Shown one piece after another: positions 63,366 through 64,000 of a stretch of DNA of 64,000 nt. Source of the stretch: a bacterium (GTDB taxonomy: Bacteria; Lernaellota; Lernaellaia; JACKCT01); assembly GCA_963674685.2 (NCBI GenBank), contig CAXXWT010000005.1, positions 595,450-659,449 on the forward strand, in the 5' to 3' direction. The notes below the pieces were generated by a model, which was given only the letters and a program-made list of their open reading frames with translations, was not told where the DNA came from and searched no databases. The position numbers and the translations under genes were made by a program. Position 1 is the first letter of the stretch. The number at the start of each line of letters is the position of its first letter.

Positions 63366-64000
63366 TCAAACCGTGGCGATCGGCGTGACGGGCGAACCGA
63401 CGGCCCCGGTCAGCCGAAGCGGCGGCGCCGTCAATAAAAAGCGCGACCGGTTATTTTCTTTAAGCCATTTTGCCAAATCCGCCAACAACCACAACTCGCC
63501 CAGATGCACTCCCAGGCGAAACAAACACAACTCATGCAAAGGCAATATCATGCCGCCATGATCCTTCGGCAGCTCTTCGCCCACCGCTTCGACGGCAAGA
63601 TTGTCCGACGCAATGGCCGCAATTTCGGTGTCGGCAATCCATTTCAGGAGGCGCTTATCCCGCCCGTCGAGAACGGCGCATGCGTTCTTGAGTGAATCGT
63701 CGGGTTTACCTTCATTGCGAAGAATCATGTTGTCGAAGCCCGTCCAGAAACAGACGATATCTCCGGCTTCGACTTCGACGCCGCCCTGCTCCATGATCCC
63801 CATCAATTTATCGTACCCGACTTTTTTGCGCGGAAATTCTCCGCAATGGCTACGCAGATCGACCATCACTCCACGGCCCTGCACGCCGTGCGCGGCCATG
63901 TTTTCGATGCCCAGCTTCTTCGCGGCCGTGGTCTTGCTTTCCTTATCCAGAACCACATCCTCACCCGCGCGATACCCGTTGTAATAAACGGGCTCCGACT
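63366..64000 (-). CDS. cyclase-family (kynurenine-formamidase-like fold) protein, 5' end outside the window
   Basis: The frame stays open upstream of the tracked GTG to the window edge (...SEPVYYNGYRAGEDV). Motifs are GRGVMVDL, GDIVCFWTGF and PLRLTGAVGSPVTPIA. Confidence 0.55.
   Translation of the reverse strand, partial: SEPVYYNGYRAGEDVVLDKESKTTAAKKLGIENMAAHGVQGRGVMVDLRSHCGEFPRKKVGYDKLMGIMEQGGVEVEAGDIVCFWTGFDNMILRNEGKPDDSLKNACAVLDGRDKRLLKWIADTEIAAIASDNLAVEAVGEELPKDHGGMILPLHELCLFRLGVHLGELWLLADLAKWLKENNRSRFLLTAPPLRLTGAVGSPVTPIATV

Noticed and set aside
1-64000. Search for tRNA, rRNA, tmRNA, known riboswitch cores and ops/JUMPstart elements in the intergenic regions, including the 320-bp AT-rich leader upstream of wza (63044-63365).
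   Set aside because: I could not recognise any T-loop (GGTTCGAAT-like) or anticodon-arm arrangement, any rRNA signatures, or GGCGGTAG. Absence by eye is not proof, so tRNAscan-SE or Infernal should confirm.

Overview
This 64-kb window comes from a moderately GC-rich bacterium with a diderm-type envelope (many lipobox lipoproteins, Wza/Wzc export). I found no rRNA, tRNA or CRISPR. Gene content, left to right:
- a decayed sfsA, a membrane protein, a PEBP lipoprotein, a Dabb protein and an AT-richer membrane beta-propeller gene
- a class III cyclase-STAND-TPR protein
- a Na/Pi-cotransporter followed by an unusual two-component module: receiver fused to an SLC13/DASS-type permease, an orphan receiver and a Cache histidine kinase
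- an IS110/IS1111-type element sitting inside repeat-rich intergenic DNA
- a long minus-strand block: Fe-S protein plus two FAD oxidases (one with the alkyl-DHAP-synthase SHHHGIG motif), LMW-PTP, GT2, rfbBDCA and gmd
- chorismate mutase coupled to two U32-family proteins
- an envelope cluster: amidase, metallophosphoesterase, methyltransferase, Cys-rich poly-Asp lipoprotein, GT2, PD40 propeller and two tandem transglutaminase-like lipoproteins
- a complete his operon (hisG-C-B-H-F-[A-I-E fusion]-D) with a His-leader attenuator
- a UDP-sugar epimerase
- a locus of cysC, four alkaline-phosphatase-superfamily paralogues and two small RHH proteins
- Wzc/Wza and a partial cyclase-family gene

The most unusual items are:
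- a conserved C-terminal tail motif (acidic run + IKK[RK]LxxLGY[IL]) shared by CysC and both RHH proteins in the AP-paralogue locus
- the receiver-transporter fusion
- the chorismate mutase/U32 module
- several families of heptad-periodic and palindromic intergenic repeats
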